Position numbers and translations under genes: made by a program. Positions 31,478 to 39,561 of a DNA stretch of 64,000 bases are shown here, piece by piece; the stretch's first letter is position 1; each line of letters starts with the position of its first letter. The DNA is from an uncultured Clostridia bacterium (GTDB lineage: Bacteria; Bacillota; Clostridia; Christensenellales; UBA1242). Location of the stretch: NCBI GenBank assembly GCA_934777505.1, contig CAKVNM010000004.1, positions 81,342 through 145,341 on the forward strand. The letters run 5' to 3'. The notes beneath the pieces were generated by a model. It was not told the DNA's origin, searched no databases, and saw nothing but the letters and a program-made list of their open reading frames with translations.

Positions 31478-31797
31478 ATTTTGATTAAATTTAAGTGGCA
31501 TTAAAATTATCGTTAAAAACTGGAAAATAATTTTTGACAAAAATGCTTGTTTCAATATTTTGGAATAATAAAACAAAAAAGTTATATATAAAAACTACTT
31601 GCAAAAAAGTGAATAAAGGTATACTTATTACTTGCAAGTAAAAAAACAAAACAAGACAAAGATTGCGCTTAAAATAATAAAAGTTATGATAAGTTTTGTA
31701 TCATCTTAGTAAACTAAGAATAAATAAAAATCAGGTTTCATTGCCTGATTTTTTAATGTTTTTGGTATTGATATGCGGGGAAAAGGTGGTCTTTTGT

Positions 31798-31839
31798 ATG
31801 AATATATTGGAATGCGACCATGTTTGTAACAATGTCTAA
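31798..31839 (+). CDS. possible 13-aa micro-ORF MNILECDHVCNNV
   Basis: AAGGTGG RBS 8 nt upstream. Lies between two copies of a palindromic 16-18-nt motif. Speculative. Confidence 0.2.
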   Translation: MNILECDHVCNNV

Positions 31840-32179
31840 ATAGTGTTTAGGTTATGAGTAAGTATTAAATAAAACAGGTAAACAAAATGTTTAGTAATGC
31901 TAAAATTTATTAGTCTTAGTTTACTAAGACTTGTGTTTATTTAATTTTAATATAATTTATTGCGATATTTTTTAAGGCCACTATGTGCAAAAACGGAATG
32001 ATTTTTTTCAAAAACCATAATAGAAGTGTAGTTTGCGTGCTTAATGTGTCTTCAAAGTATAAAAGTATTTCTAGCAATGGTATAAATCCGTTTGGTATTT
32101 ATGTGTAGAACTAATTGCACATTATTTTAATTCATATTCGTTTTTTCACATAAAAAAGGCTTATAAAACTATAAGCCGT

Positions 32180-32725
32180 TTAAATTTCAAACTTTTTGAT
32201 TTGTGCATTATCAAAGTTTCTAAGTGTTTCGGGATTGTTTATGTCGAACTGTCGGTTGGTTAAAATATATTCGAGCATTGTTGCCACACAGGCGTGCGAT
32301 ACAATCAAAATGTTGGAATGATTGCTAAAATTTGCTCTTAAATCGCTAACAAATGCGTTAACTCTGTTAAAAACTTCGTTGTACGACTCCATATTACAAG
32401 ATTTGCTTCGAGCATTTTTTAGCAGTTTTTCTCGCTCAGTCAAACTATCCTTATGTCTTTTTGAAAATATGCCTTGGTCGATTTCGGTAATCCTTTCGTC
32501 TTTCAAAATCTTAACATTATGGTATTTGTTCATGATGTTTGCCGTTTGAACTGTTCGCATAAGCGGGGAACAGATAATCAAATCAAACGGTGTGTTTTTG
32601 TGTTCAATCGACACTTGTTTTGTTTTTTTAATTCCTGACTTGCTAAGTCTGTTGTTGGTTCTGCCTTGCGTTATTCCTTTTTCATTCCACACGGTTAATC
32701 CGTGACGCATAACAAAAATATTCAT
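32180..32725 (-). CDS. histidine phosphatase (phosphoglycerate mutase) family protein
   Basis: RHG motif (MRHGLTVWN), SPLMRTVQTA, and second catalytic His in VSHACV. Confidence 0.8.
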   Translation of the reverse strand: MNIFVMRHGLTVWNEKGITQGRTNNRLSKSGIKKTKQVSIEHKNTPFDLIICSPLMRTVQTANIMNKYHNVKILKDERITEIDQGIFSKRHKDSLTEREKLLKNARSKSCNMESYNEVFNRVNAFVSDLRANFSNHSNILIVSHACVATMLEYILTNRQFDINNPETLRNFDNAQIKKFEI

Positions 32726-32770
32726 AAAATAGTCCTTTTTTTGTGAAAAATATCAAAATTTTGATGTTTT

Positions 32771-34054
32771 TTATTTAATTTTTAACAAATCTGCGTAATT
32801 TATGTTTGCCGATTGAATAAATGAAAGTACATTTCTGCCAAACTCGTTGTAGTGGCAAAAACTATATTCGGTTCTTGGTTTTTGTTTTTCGCTGTTCCAA
32901 ATGTAGTCGTAATTCCAAACAAAACTTAGTTGAACTCGGGCGGTCATAAGGTAGCCAGCAAAAGTGTTATAGTTGTCAAAACATTTTGCATTTTCGTTGT
33001 ACGAACCCCATTCGCCAACGATGTATGCTTTGTTTAGCGCTTTTGATAGGCTTTTCATGGTTTTAAGATAGTTTAGTGGGTCATCAAATTGAGCTTTGTC
33101 GTCATGACCGATATCGTAAACATGTTCGCTAATTGCTGTCATTTTGCTTGGGTGGGTGGTGTCATAGACTTCGTAGCGTTCTTCAATCGTGTCGGCTTTC
33201 CAAATTCCGTTTTTCCATTGATTGTATTGTGACGAACGAATGTTAGCGTCACCAGTTTCAATCATTCTTTTGTGTGTGTCGATTTTTGAAATTGTGTCTG
33301 TAAAAAGTTTGTAGCAAACTGTGATATCGTCACAACTAAACTTTTTGCTGGAATCGGGAATATCGCAGTTTAGCATAAATTCGTTGCCAAATTCCCATGC
33401 AAATAGTGATTTGTAGTCCTTGATTTCGTTTGCAATCGTTGTGGTGTAGTATTCAAGATAATGTGTGGTTTTGCTTGTGATATCGCCCCATGCGGTGCGG
33501 TCTTCGTTGTAGTAGTCTGGAACAGAGTCGATATTCCAAAAGAAACTTGGGATTAGTCCAATCTTGTATTGCTCGGCAAGAGAGAAAATATTGTTGATTA
33601 GTTTAAGATATTTTGGCTTGGTTTCGCTGTCCAAAAAGTATTTCAACTCGTTTCCGTAGTACATTCCACAGTCAAATCGTATAACTTTTATGTCGTAACT
33701 TGACAAGATTTTAAACGCTTCGCTAACAGTTTGAGCACTAAAATCATTGTAAACTGCGTCAATAAACAAACTGTATGAGTTAACGCCAATGCCATAGTAT
33801 TCATATTTGCCAAGATAGATAGTTCCGTTTTTAACTTGGAAGCCGTAACTTGTTTTGTCGTTCCAGTAACTATCATACAACTTGTTTATTTTTTGTTCTG
33901 CTGTCAAGATTAATGGTTCTTGATTGTCACCAGATGAATTTCCGCAAGCAGAAAATAGTAGTGCGGAGCAAATTAACATAATTGCAACAAGCAAGCTTAA
34001 AACTTTGCTAAGATTTTTATTTTTTACTTTTTCCATACTTTCATTATATAACAT
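32771..34054 (-). CDS. glycoside hydrolase family 5-like lipoprotein
   Basis: Lipobox LLFSAC after a signal peptide. WEFGNEF (the GH5 NE acid/base motif). TIM-barrel-sized protein. Confidence 0.7.
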   Translation of the reverse strand: MLYNESMEKVKNKNLSKVLSLLVAIMLICSALLFSACGNSSGDNQEPLILTAEQKINKLYDSYWNDKTSYGFQVKNGTIYLGKYEYYGIGVNSYSLFIDAVYNDFSAQTVSEAFKILSSYDIKVIRFDCGMYYGNELKYFLDSETKPKYLKLINNIFSLAEQYKIGLIPSFFWNIDSVPDYYNEDRTAWGDITSKTTHYLEYYTTTIANEIKDYKSLFAWEFGNEFMLNCDIPDSSKKFSCDDITVCYKLFTDTISKIDTHKRMIETGDANIRSSQYNQWKNGIWKADTIEERYEVYDTTHPSKMTAISEHVYDIGHDDKAQFDDPLNYLKTMKSLSKALNKAYIVGEWGSYNENAKCFDNYNTFAGYLMTARVQLSFVWNYDYIWNSEKQKPRTEYSFCHYNEFGRNVLSFIQSANINYADLLKIK

Positions 34055-34241
34055 ACAGCATTAAAAGGCAATATAAAAATTTAAAGCGTTTTAGGTTAAT
34101 AATTTTTTGTTTTTTCATAAAATAATCATAAAAATGGTGAATGTTGTTAAAAATTATGTAATTTTTAACTTTTTTTATAATGAAATAAGGTTATTAACTA
34201 AATTTTTTGTGCTTGAATATACTGATATCAAGGAGAAGACT

Positions 34242-34997
34242 ATGGCAATTTTAAACACAGCACAATTAACTAGCAGTATCGAAAAATCGGGCGAGAAAGT
34301 TCAAGTTGTAACAAAAAGCAATGTGCAAACTGTTAATAATATTAGCACTGACATTTTAGTGGAACAAACTTCGTCAAAAACTTGGGTAATGCCAAAAATG
34401 GTATTCACAATAACAACAAGAATCACTAACAACACAAACCAAAATATTGAAGATATTCACTTTTCTAACATTCTTACTGGTGCGACTTTCGTTGACGGCT
34501 CACTTAAAATCGAAGGCGTAGAATACAAGGATTTTTCTCCGCAAGGTTTCACGATGCCGGTCACATTGGGTGCGTTTGGCGTTGATGTAAGTGTTTCGTT
34601 TGATGTTATGACCGATGAGTATCCAGAAGTTGATGCGGTGGAAAGCATAAGTAAAATTTCTGCCGATATTGATTCGAACACTTTTGATATTTCTTCTGCC
34701 AAACTTAGTGTGGATATTATTGAAAACGGAGTTGTTCTTTTGAAAACGGCAGACAAGATTGCAGTTAAAAGCGGAGATGAACTCACTTATACCATCACAA
34801 TAACAAATAGTGGTGATATTACAAACACGGACGCAGTGTTCTTGGATGAAATTCCAAACGGCACTCGGTTTGTTGAAAATAGCGTGACAGTCAATGGAGA
34901 AGTTAAGGTTGGCTACAATCCGCAAAACAGTTTTGCAATTAATGATATCAATCCAAACGACACCGTCACAATCACTTTCAAAGTCACTATATTATAA
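34242..34997 (+). CDS. DUF11 (conserved repeat domain) protein, two repeats
   Basis: LLKTADKIAVKSGDELTYTITITNSGDITNTDAVFLDEIPNGTRFVENSVTVNG is a typical DUF11 repeat. ATG 34242 with AAGGAG RBS. No signal peptide. Confidence 0.65.
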   Translation: MAILNTAQLTSSIEKSGEKVQVVTKSNVQTVNNISTDILVEQTSSKTWVMPKMVFTITTRITNNTNQNIEDIHFSNILTGATFVDGSLKIEGVEYKDFSPQGFTMPVTLGAFGVDVSVSFDVMTDEYPEVDAVESISKISADIDSNTFDISSAKLSVDIIENGVVLLKTADKIAVKSGDELTYTITITNSGDITNTDAVFLDEIPNGTRFVENSVTVNGEVKVGYNPQNSFAINDINPNDTVTITFKVTIL

Positions 34998-35432
34998 AGT
35001 CAATATTAAAAAAATAACAGAAAAGGCTGAATGTTAAAAATAGCCTTTTTTTATAAAAAAATCTTAAAAAACATGATTTTTACTGCGTTTTTTAATAAAA
35101 ATTAGCGTAAATTTTAAATTTTTGCTTCTTTATAGATATTTTTTTTGTTTTCTTATTCTACGCAAAATTAATCGTTAAAAATAAAATTATTGATTGCTTG
35201 TTTTTACTATTTCCCAGTTTATTATAGATATTTTAGATTATTAAATTAAAATCAAATTTAGTTAATAGCAAACCATAAGTAAGCAAAACAAATAGATTTT
35301 TTGTTTGCTAGTTTCTAAAAAATATTTGCTAAACGAAGAAGAATTTACAAAGTAAGCAAAAAAAACTCGGCTTTTAACGAGTTCTTTTTTTGTGCTGTGT
35401 TAAAAATATTGCAATCCACAAATCGCTTGATT

Positions 35433-35473
35433 AAAAAATATGCACCCCGATTTTTAAGGTGCATATTTTTTTT
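35433..35473. terminator. bidirectional terminator downstream of tRNA-Ser(CGA)
   Basis: ATATGCACC / GGTGCATAT stem flanked by an A-run and a T-run. Confidence 0.65.
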
Positions 35474-35475
35474 AT

Positions 35476-35563
35476 TGGCGGAAGATACAGGATTTGAACC
35501 TGTGGTGTCTTGCGACACACCTGTTTTCGAGACAGGCACATTCGACCACTCTGACAATCTTCC
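35476..35563 (-). tRNA. tRNA-Ser (anticodon CGA), CCA encoded
   Basis: Acceptor GGAAGAT/ATCTTCC, anticodon loop CTCGAAA, long variable arm, T-loop GGTTCAAATCC. Confidence 0.95.
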
Positions 35564-35609
35564 AAAGTAAATAGATAAACGACAAGGCAAACTCAACCAA
35601 AAAACTAAA

Positions 35610-35760
35610 AGAGTAAAGGTCGAATGTGCCGAAGGGGGACCCCTAAAAATAGCGGAGCGCCAATTTTTTGGGGAAAGGAGAAGTGGAGCGAGAGAGCCAA
35701 TTTGCGAAAAGCAAATGGCAAGAGCGACAACTTTGACGCCGACCACTCTGACAATCTTCC
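35610..35760 (-). ncRNA. tRNA-Ser-associated structured element, copy A (starts with a 21-nt duplicate of the tRNA 5' end)
   Basis: Contains GGAAGATTGTCAGAGTGGTCG (35740-35760), hairpin GCCATTTGC/GCAAATTGGC, hairpin CCCCAAAAAAT/ATTTTTAGGGG, and a 3' GGCACATTCGACC that is the reverse complement of tRNA nt 17-29. Confidence 0.45.
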
Positions 35761-35806
35761 AAAGTAAATAGATAAACGACAAGGCAAACTCAACCAAAAA
35801 ACCAAA

Positions 35807-35931
35807 AGAGTAAAGGTCGAATGTGTCGAAAGGGTGACCCCTAAAAATAGAGAAGCGATAATTTTTTGGGGAAAGGAAAAGTGGAGCGAGAGAGCCAATT
35901 TGCGAAGGCAAATGGCAAGAGCGACAACTTT
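35807..35931 (-). ncRNA. tRNA-Ser-associated structured element, copy B (5'-truncated tandem copy)
   Basis: About 90% identical to copy A, 197-nt period. Substitutions are concentrated in the two hairpin loops. Confidence 0.4.
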
Positions 35932-35978
35932 TATGCACGCTTTGTTTTTATGTTGCTCGCTTATCTTACAACAGCAAG

Positions 35979-36007
35979 ATTATATCAATTTAGCGGGCTA
36001 AAAGCAA
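35979..36007 (-). promoter_or_regulatory. promoter driving the tandem element and tRNA-Ser(CGA) transcript
   Basis: Minus strand TTGCTT - 17 nt - TATAAT, preceded by TG (TGATATAAT, extended -10). Confidence 0.5.
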
Positions 36008-36165
36008 TATATTTTTTGTTATTTTTTAAACTCATTGCAGTTTTTGTGACTTTTGGGGAATATTCTAACATAAATAAATTTGTAAAATGTCGAAAATGCC
36101 CGTTTTTTGTTGGACTTACGATATTTTAATGTTATATTATTTTTAGTAACTCATTGGAGGGGAAA

Positions 36166-36867
36166 ATGAAAAACAAAAAGAGTTTTATTTCACTAATTTT
36201 GGCTGTTTTGCTACTCATTCCATGTATGTTCGTGTTCAGTGCTTGCGGAGCGTCCAACTCGGCAAATGTTTCAACTTATGACGAACTTTTGGAAGCGATA
36301 AACGGCAGTAAGGAAGTTGTTGTGCTTCAAGCAGACATCGACATTCCAACCGAACTTCATGTAACCAGAAAACTAACTTTGGATTTGAACGGCAAAAAAT
36401 TATACAGCACAAGCGAACTTTGGACGGCGACCACCGTTTCTCTAATTAAAATAACAGAAGACGGCGAACTCACAATCAAAGGCAATGGCACGATGGAAGC
36501 AAAACAGGACGATTGCTACGGAATTTATGTTAAAAAAGGCAAGTTGGTAATCGAAAATGGAACATTCCTAGGTAATGTTTCTGTTGTTCAAGTTGAAGAA
36601 GGTAGTGCAGAAATTCTTGGTGGATATTTTGAAGATATCCAAAAATATCAAAAGAAAGGCGATACTCAGTACACCTACACCTTAAACTTGATTGATGCAA
36701 ATTATAAAGACGGCACTGGCTCAATTATCGTTAAGGGCGGAGAGTTCAAAAACTTTAACCCAGCAAACAATCAAGCCGAAGGCGAAAACACAAACTTTGT
36801 TGAAGAAGGTTATAGCTCTGTTTTGGACGAAGAAACAAATTGCTACAAAGTAACAAAAAATGACTAA
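36166..36867 (+). CDS. lipoprotein, possibly beta-helix fold
   Basis: Signal peptide with lipobox VFSAC. GNGT...G.Y...G.L.I.NG.F repeats. GGAGGGG RBS. Confidence 0.65.
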   Translation: MKNKKSFISLILAVLLLIPCMFVFSACGASNSANVSTYDELLEAINGSKEVVVLQADIDIPTELHVTRKLTLDLNGKKLYSTSELWTATTVSLIKITEDGELTIKGNGTMEAKQDDCYGIYVKKGKLVIENGTFLGNVSVVQVEEGSAEILGGYFEDIQKYQKKGDTQYTYTLNLIDANYKDGTGSIIVKGGEFKNFNPANNQAEGENTNFVEEGYSSVLDEETNCYKVTKND

Positions 36868-36921
36868 AATTTGTATCAAAAAAAACTCTCGCAATTTGCG
36901 GGAGTTTTTTTATCACAAACG

Positions 36922-37383
36922 CTAGTTTAAAATCCAAACGGCAGTGTTGAGTGCGGTTGCAATCATTAGCCATACGGGGTAGATGCCGAGTAGCCAGCCG
37001 TAGTAGCTGTTGTCGTTGAAAATCGACACCAAAAGTTTTACGGCAAACAAAAGGTTAAAGATTATAACGATTAGTCCAAGGAGTAGTTGATTAAGTGTGA
37101 AAAACACCAAGCACCACAAAATGTTTAGTGCGCCATTTATGATAAATAGCCACACAACATTTTTGTTGATTGTTCCTTTTTTAATCCATAACACTAGCAC
37201 GATTATTGCTAAAATGTAAATCACAGTCCAGACGATAGGAATTACAATGTTTGGCACCCATTCGGTAGGTTTGGTTAGTCCGTCAAACCAGTTTGAACCT
37301 AGTTGTACAAAAAGTGTTCCAAGACCTGCAACAAATATTGTTGAGATTATTGCGATTGCAATATTGATTTTTTTTGTTTCCAT
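36922..37383 (-). CDS. tspO: TspO/MBR family tryptophan-rich sensory protein
   Basis: Five TM helices. WFDGLTKPTEWVPNIVIPIVWTVIY and YPVWLMIATALN signature regions. Confidence 0.8.
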   Translation of the reverse strand: METKKINIAIAIISTIFVAGLGTLFVQLGSNWFDGLTKPTEWVPNIVIPIVWTVIYILAIIVLVLWIKKGTINKNVVWLFIINGALNILWCLVFFTLNQLLLGLIVIIFNLLFAVKLLVSIFNDNSYYGWLLGIYPVWLMIATALNTAVWILN

Positions 37384-37482
37384 ATAAATGATTATGAACA
37401 ACAAGTTGGTATTTATACAAAATTGTTTTTATTTTTAAAACTAAAAAAATGATTTGTTAACTTTTTTTTAACAAATCATTTT

Positions 37483-37593
37483 TTAGTAATTGTTGTCGTC
37501 TTCTTCGTTTAGTTTTCTTTGTCTTTCTTCTTCTTCGCGTTGTTTTTCAAGTTGCATTGCAAGAAAGATTGTCATTGCTTCGTATGGTTCCAT
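37483..37593 (-). CDS. possible 36-aa acidic small protein (MEPYEAMTIFLAMQLEKQREEEERQRKLNEEDDNNY)
   Basis: GGAGG RBS 7 nt upstream and a perfect hairpin terminator (37446-37482) directly after the stop. Confidence 0.4.
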   Translation of the reverse strand: MEPYEAMTIFLAMQLEKQREEEERQRKLNEEDDNNY

Positions 37594-37780
37594 GATTTTG
37601 CCTCCTTTCCCTTTATTAAGTGCTCATTTTATAATAAAAAAAATGATAAGTCAACTTAAAATCGACCCAAAAACAATTTTTTTGACAATATTTTTTATAT
37701 GATTTTTAACGCCAAATTGTTACAACTTTTAATTATCAAGGCAATATTGACAATTTTTAAAAGTGTGATATACTTTGATT

Positions 37781-38710
37781 ATGAAAATTTTGAACATACT
37801 AGACATAAATTCTAGTGCAAGCGATAGCAATTATGATTCGTTAAAATACTTTAAAAGAAACAAAACCAGTGAAAACTTTTTTATGGCATTTGAAAGCATT
37901 GTTGCACTGATTTTGGAAAGGTATAAACTTGAAAGCGTAAAGATTAACATAACTGATAGCAAAGAAGAAACTTTCTATATGAACGGCGAACTTTATTTGC
38001 CTTGCACTCTTTTTGCTAAACCAAAACTTGAAGCATTGCTTTCGCTACTTGATAACACAATTCACGAACTTAGTCACAAGTTTTTAGATAGTCAAAACAA
38101 AAAATATCTTGCAGGCAAAGCGGAAAAGTTTTATCAGCCTTATGGATTTGAACAAATGGTTAACTATTTTAACACACTGTTCATTGATAAAAATCTAGTG
38201 TTTTCAATTGCACTTTACTACTATAACCGCAACGCCAACGAAATCGCGGTTAGAAAACTTACATATTACATTATGAACGAAATTTGTCAAAAGTGCAAAA
38301 TCATTTATCCTTACAAAAGTTTTAACAACTATAACTATCGAAACTATGTTCGCAACTTTGAACATATTGACGAGCAGATTGGCGGAATGGAAAAATATAT
38401 TAAAACTTTAATTACTAGTAAAAGACTTAAATTTTTATTTAGCAAAGACCATACGGACGAAGATTTAAAACTGTTTTTGATTTCACTTGTTTTGCCAATG
38501 GATACCACTTCTCAAAAAGCAGTGGTGGAATATCTTTGTACTTCAACTAGTCAAGATAAGTTTGCAATTTTGGAAAATCCAAACCTAAAATTCACACAAA
38601 AAGAGTGGCAAAAAATCAAAAAATGCAATACTAACTACGATTTTTCAAAACTAGAAAGTCAAAACGGCAAAGTTATTGCCGAGCAAGACGAACTATCGCA
38701 CGGGAATTAA
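37781..38710 (+). CDS. hypothetical protein with a single HExxH motif
   Basis: TIHELSHKF is the only motif. No signal peptide. Confidence 0.45.
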   Translation: MKILNILDINSSASDSNYDSLKYFKRNKTSENFFMAFESIVALILERYKLESVKINITDSKEETFYMNGELYLPCTLFAKPKLEALLSLLDNTIHELSHKFLDSQNKKYLAGKAEKFYQPYGFEQMVNYFNTLFIDKNLVFSIALYYYNRNANEIAVRKLTYYIMNEICQKCKIIYPYKSFNNYNYRNYVRNFEHIDEQIGGMEKYIKTLITSKRLKFLFSKDHTDEDLKLFLISLVLPMDTTSQKAVVEYLCTSTSQDKFAILENPNLKFTQKEWQKIKKCNTNYDFSKLESQNGKVIAEQDELSHGN

Positions 38711-38797
38711 TCCTGTGCTTTTTTGTTATCGCAAAGTTTTCTTTGACAAATTGGTTGAAATCGGTTACCCTATTGATAGGAAAACTAGGAGTAAAAC

Positions 38798-39235
38798 ATG
38801 ATTGATTTTAATAAAAAAGATTTTGATAAAATGCCAAATCCAACAATCTCAGCAAGACTCACAATATATATTGATGGCGATTTTGATAGTAAGGAAATTG
38901 AAAACGCACTTGGCTTTAAAGCAAAATTTGTTAAACAAAAAAGCCAGCAAAAGTTGAGTATTGTAACAAATAAAATTCCAAGCGGATATATTGTTTTCAT
39001 GGCAAAAGAAATTTCCACTCGAAACGAAAACGAAGTTGTTTTGCCAATGATTGATTACCTTTTTGAACGCAAAACTCAAATTGAGCAAATACAAAAAAAG
39101 TATAACGCACGCATGGTGCTACTAGTGGAGAGCCTACTAAAAAGTTTTAAAAATTCTAATCTAAAACTTGAACCAGAATATATTTCCAAACTTTCACAGT
39201 TGAATATTGGGCTAGAACATAACATAGAGTTTTAA
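38798..39235 (+). CDS. hypothetical protein, DUF4279-like
   Basis: Size and N-terminal pattern (ARLTIYIDGDFDSKEIENALG) resemble DUF4279. Weak call. Confidence 0.4.
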   Translation: MIDFNKKDFDKMPNPTISARLTIYIDGDFDSKEIENALGFKAKFVKQKSQQKLSIVTNKIPSGYIVFMAKEISTRNENEVVLPMIDYLFERKTQIEQIQKKYNARMVLLVESLLKSFKNSNLKLEPEYISKLSQLNIGLEHNIEF

Positions 39236-39561
39236 GCGTTAATATTTTAAAATTATGCTTGCATATTATAAAAAAGCGTCAGTAAAAGTGATGCTTTTTT
39301 TGTTAAAAAATATTTGTTAATTTTTTGCTTTTATTAAAATCGAATAAATAAAATATGCTTGCTATTAGTTTTGCGTTATTAAAAAAGTGCATGGACAAAT
39401 TAAAATGAAAAACGATTTATATGAAATATATTTTTTAATTTTTGTATACTTATTTATAATTTTTAATGAAAAGTTTAGAAAAATATTAAAAAAATGTGAT
39501 TTTGACGATAATTTTCCGCAAAAACAATAAGTTTTAATATATTTTGTGATATAATGCTTGT

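Noticed and set aside
35345-36129. ORFs 35345..35938 (-), 35605..35898 (-) and 35866..36129 (+)
   Set aside because: They run through tRNA-Ser(CGA) and the tandem RNA element, and their internal repeats simply reflect the DNA duplication. No RBS. The conservation pattern (stems kept, loops changed) fits RNA rather than protein.
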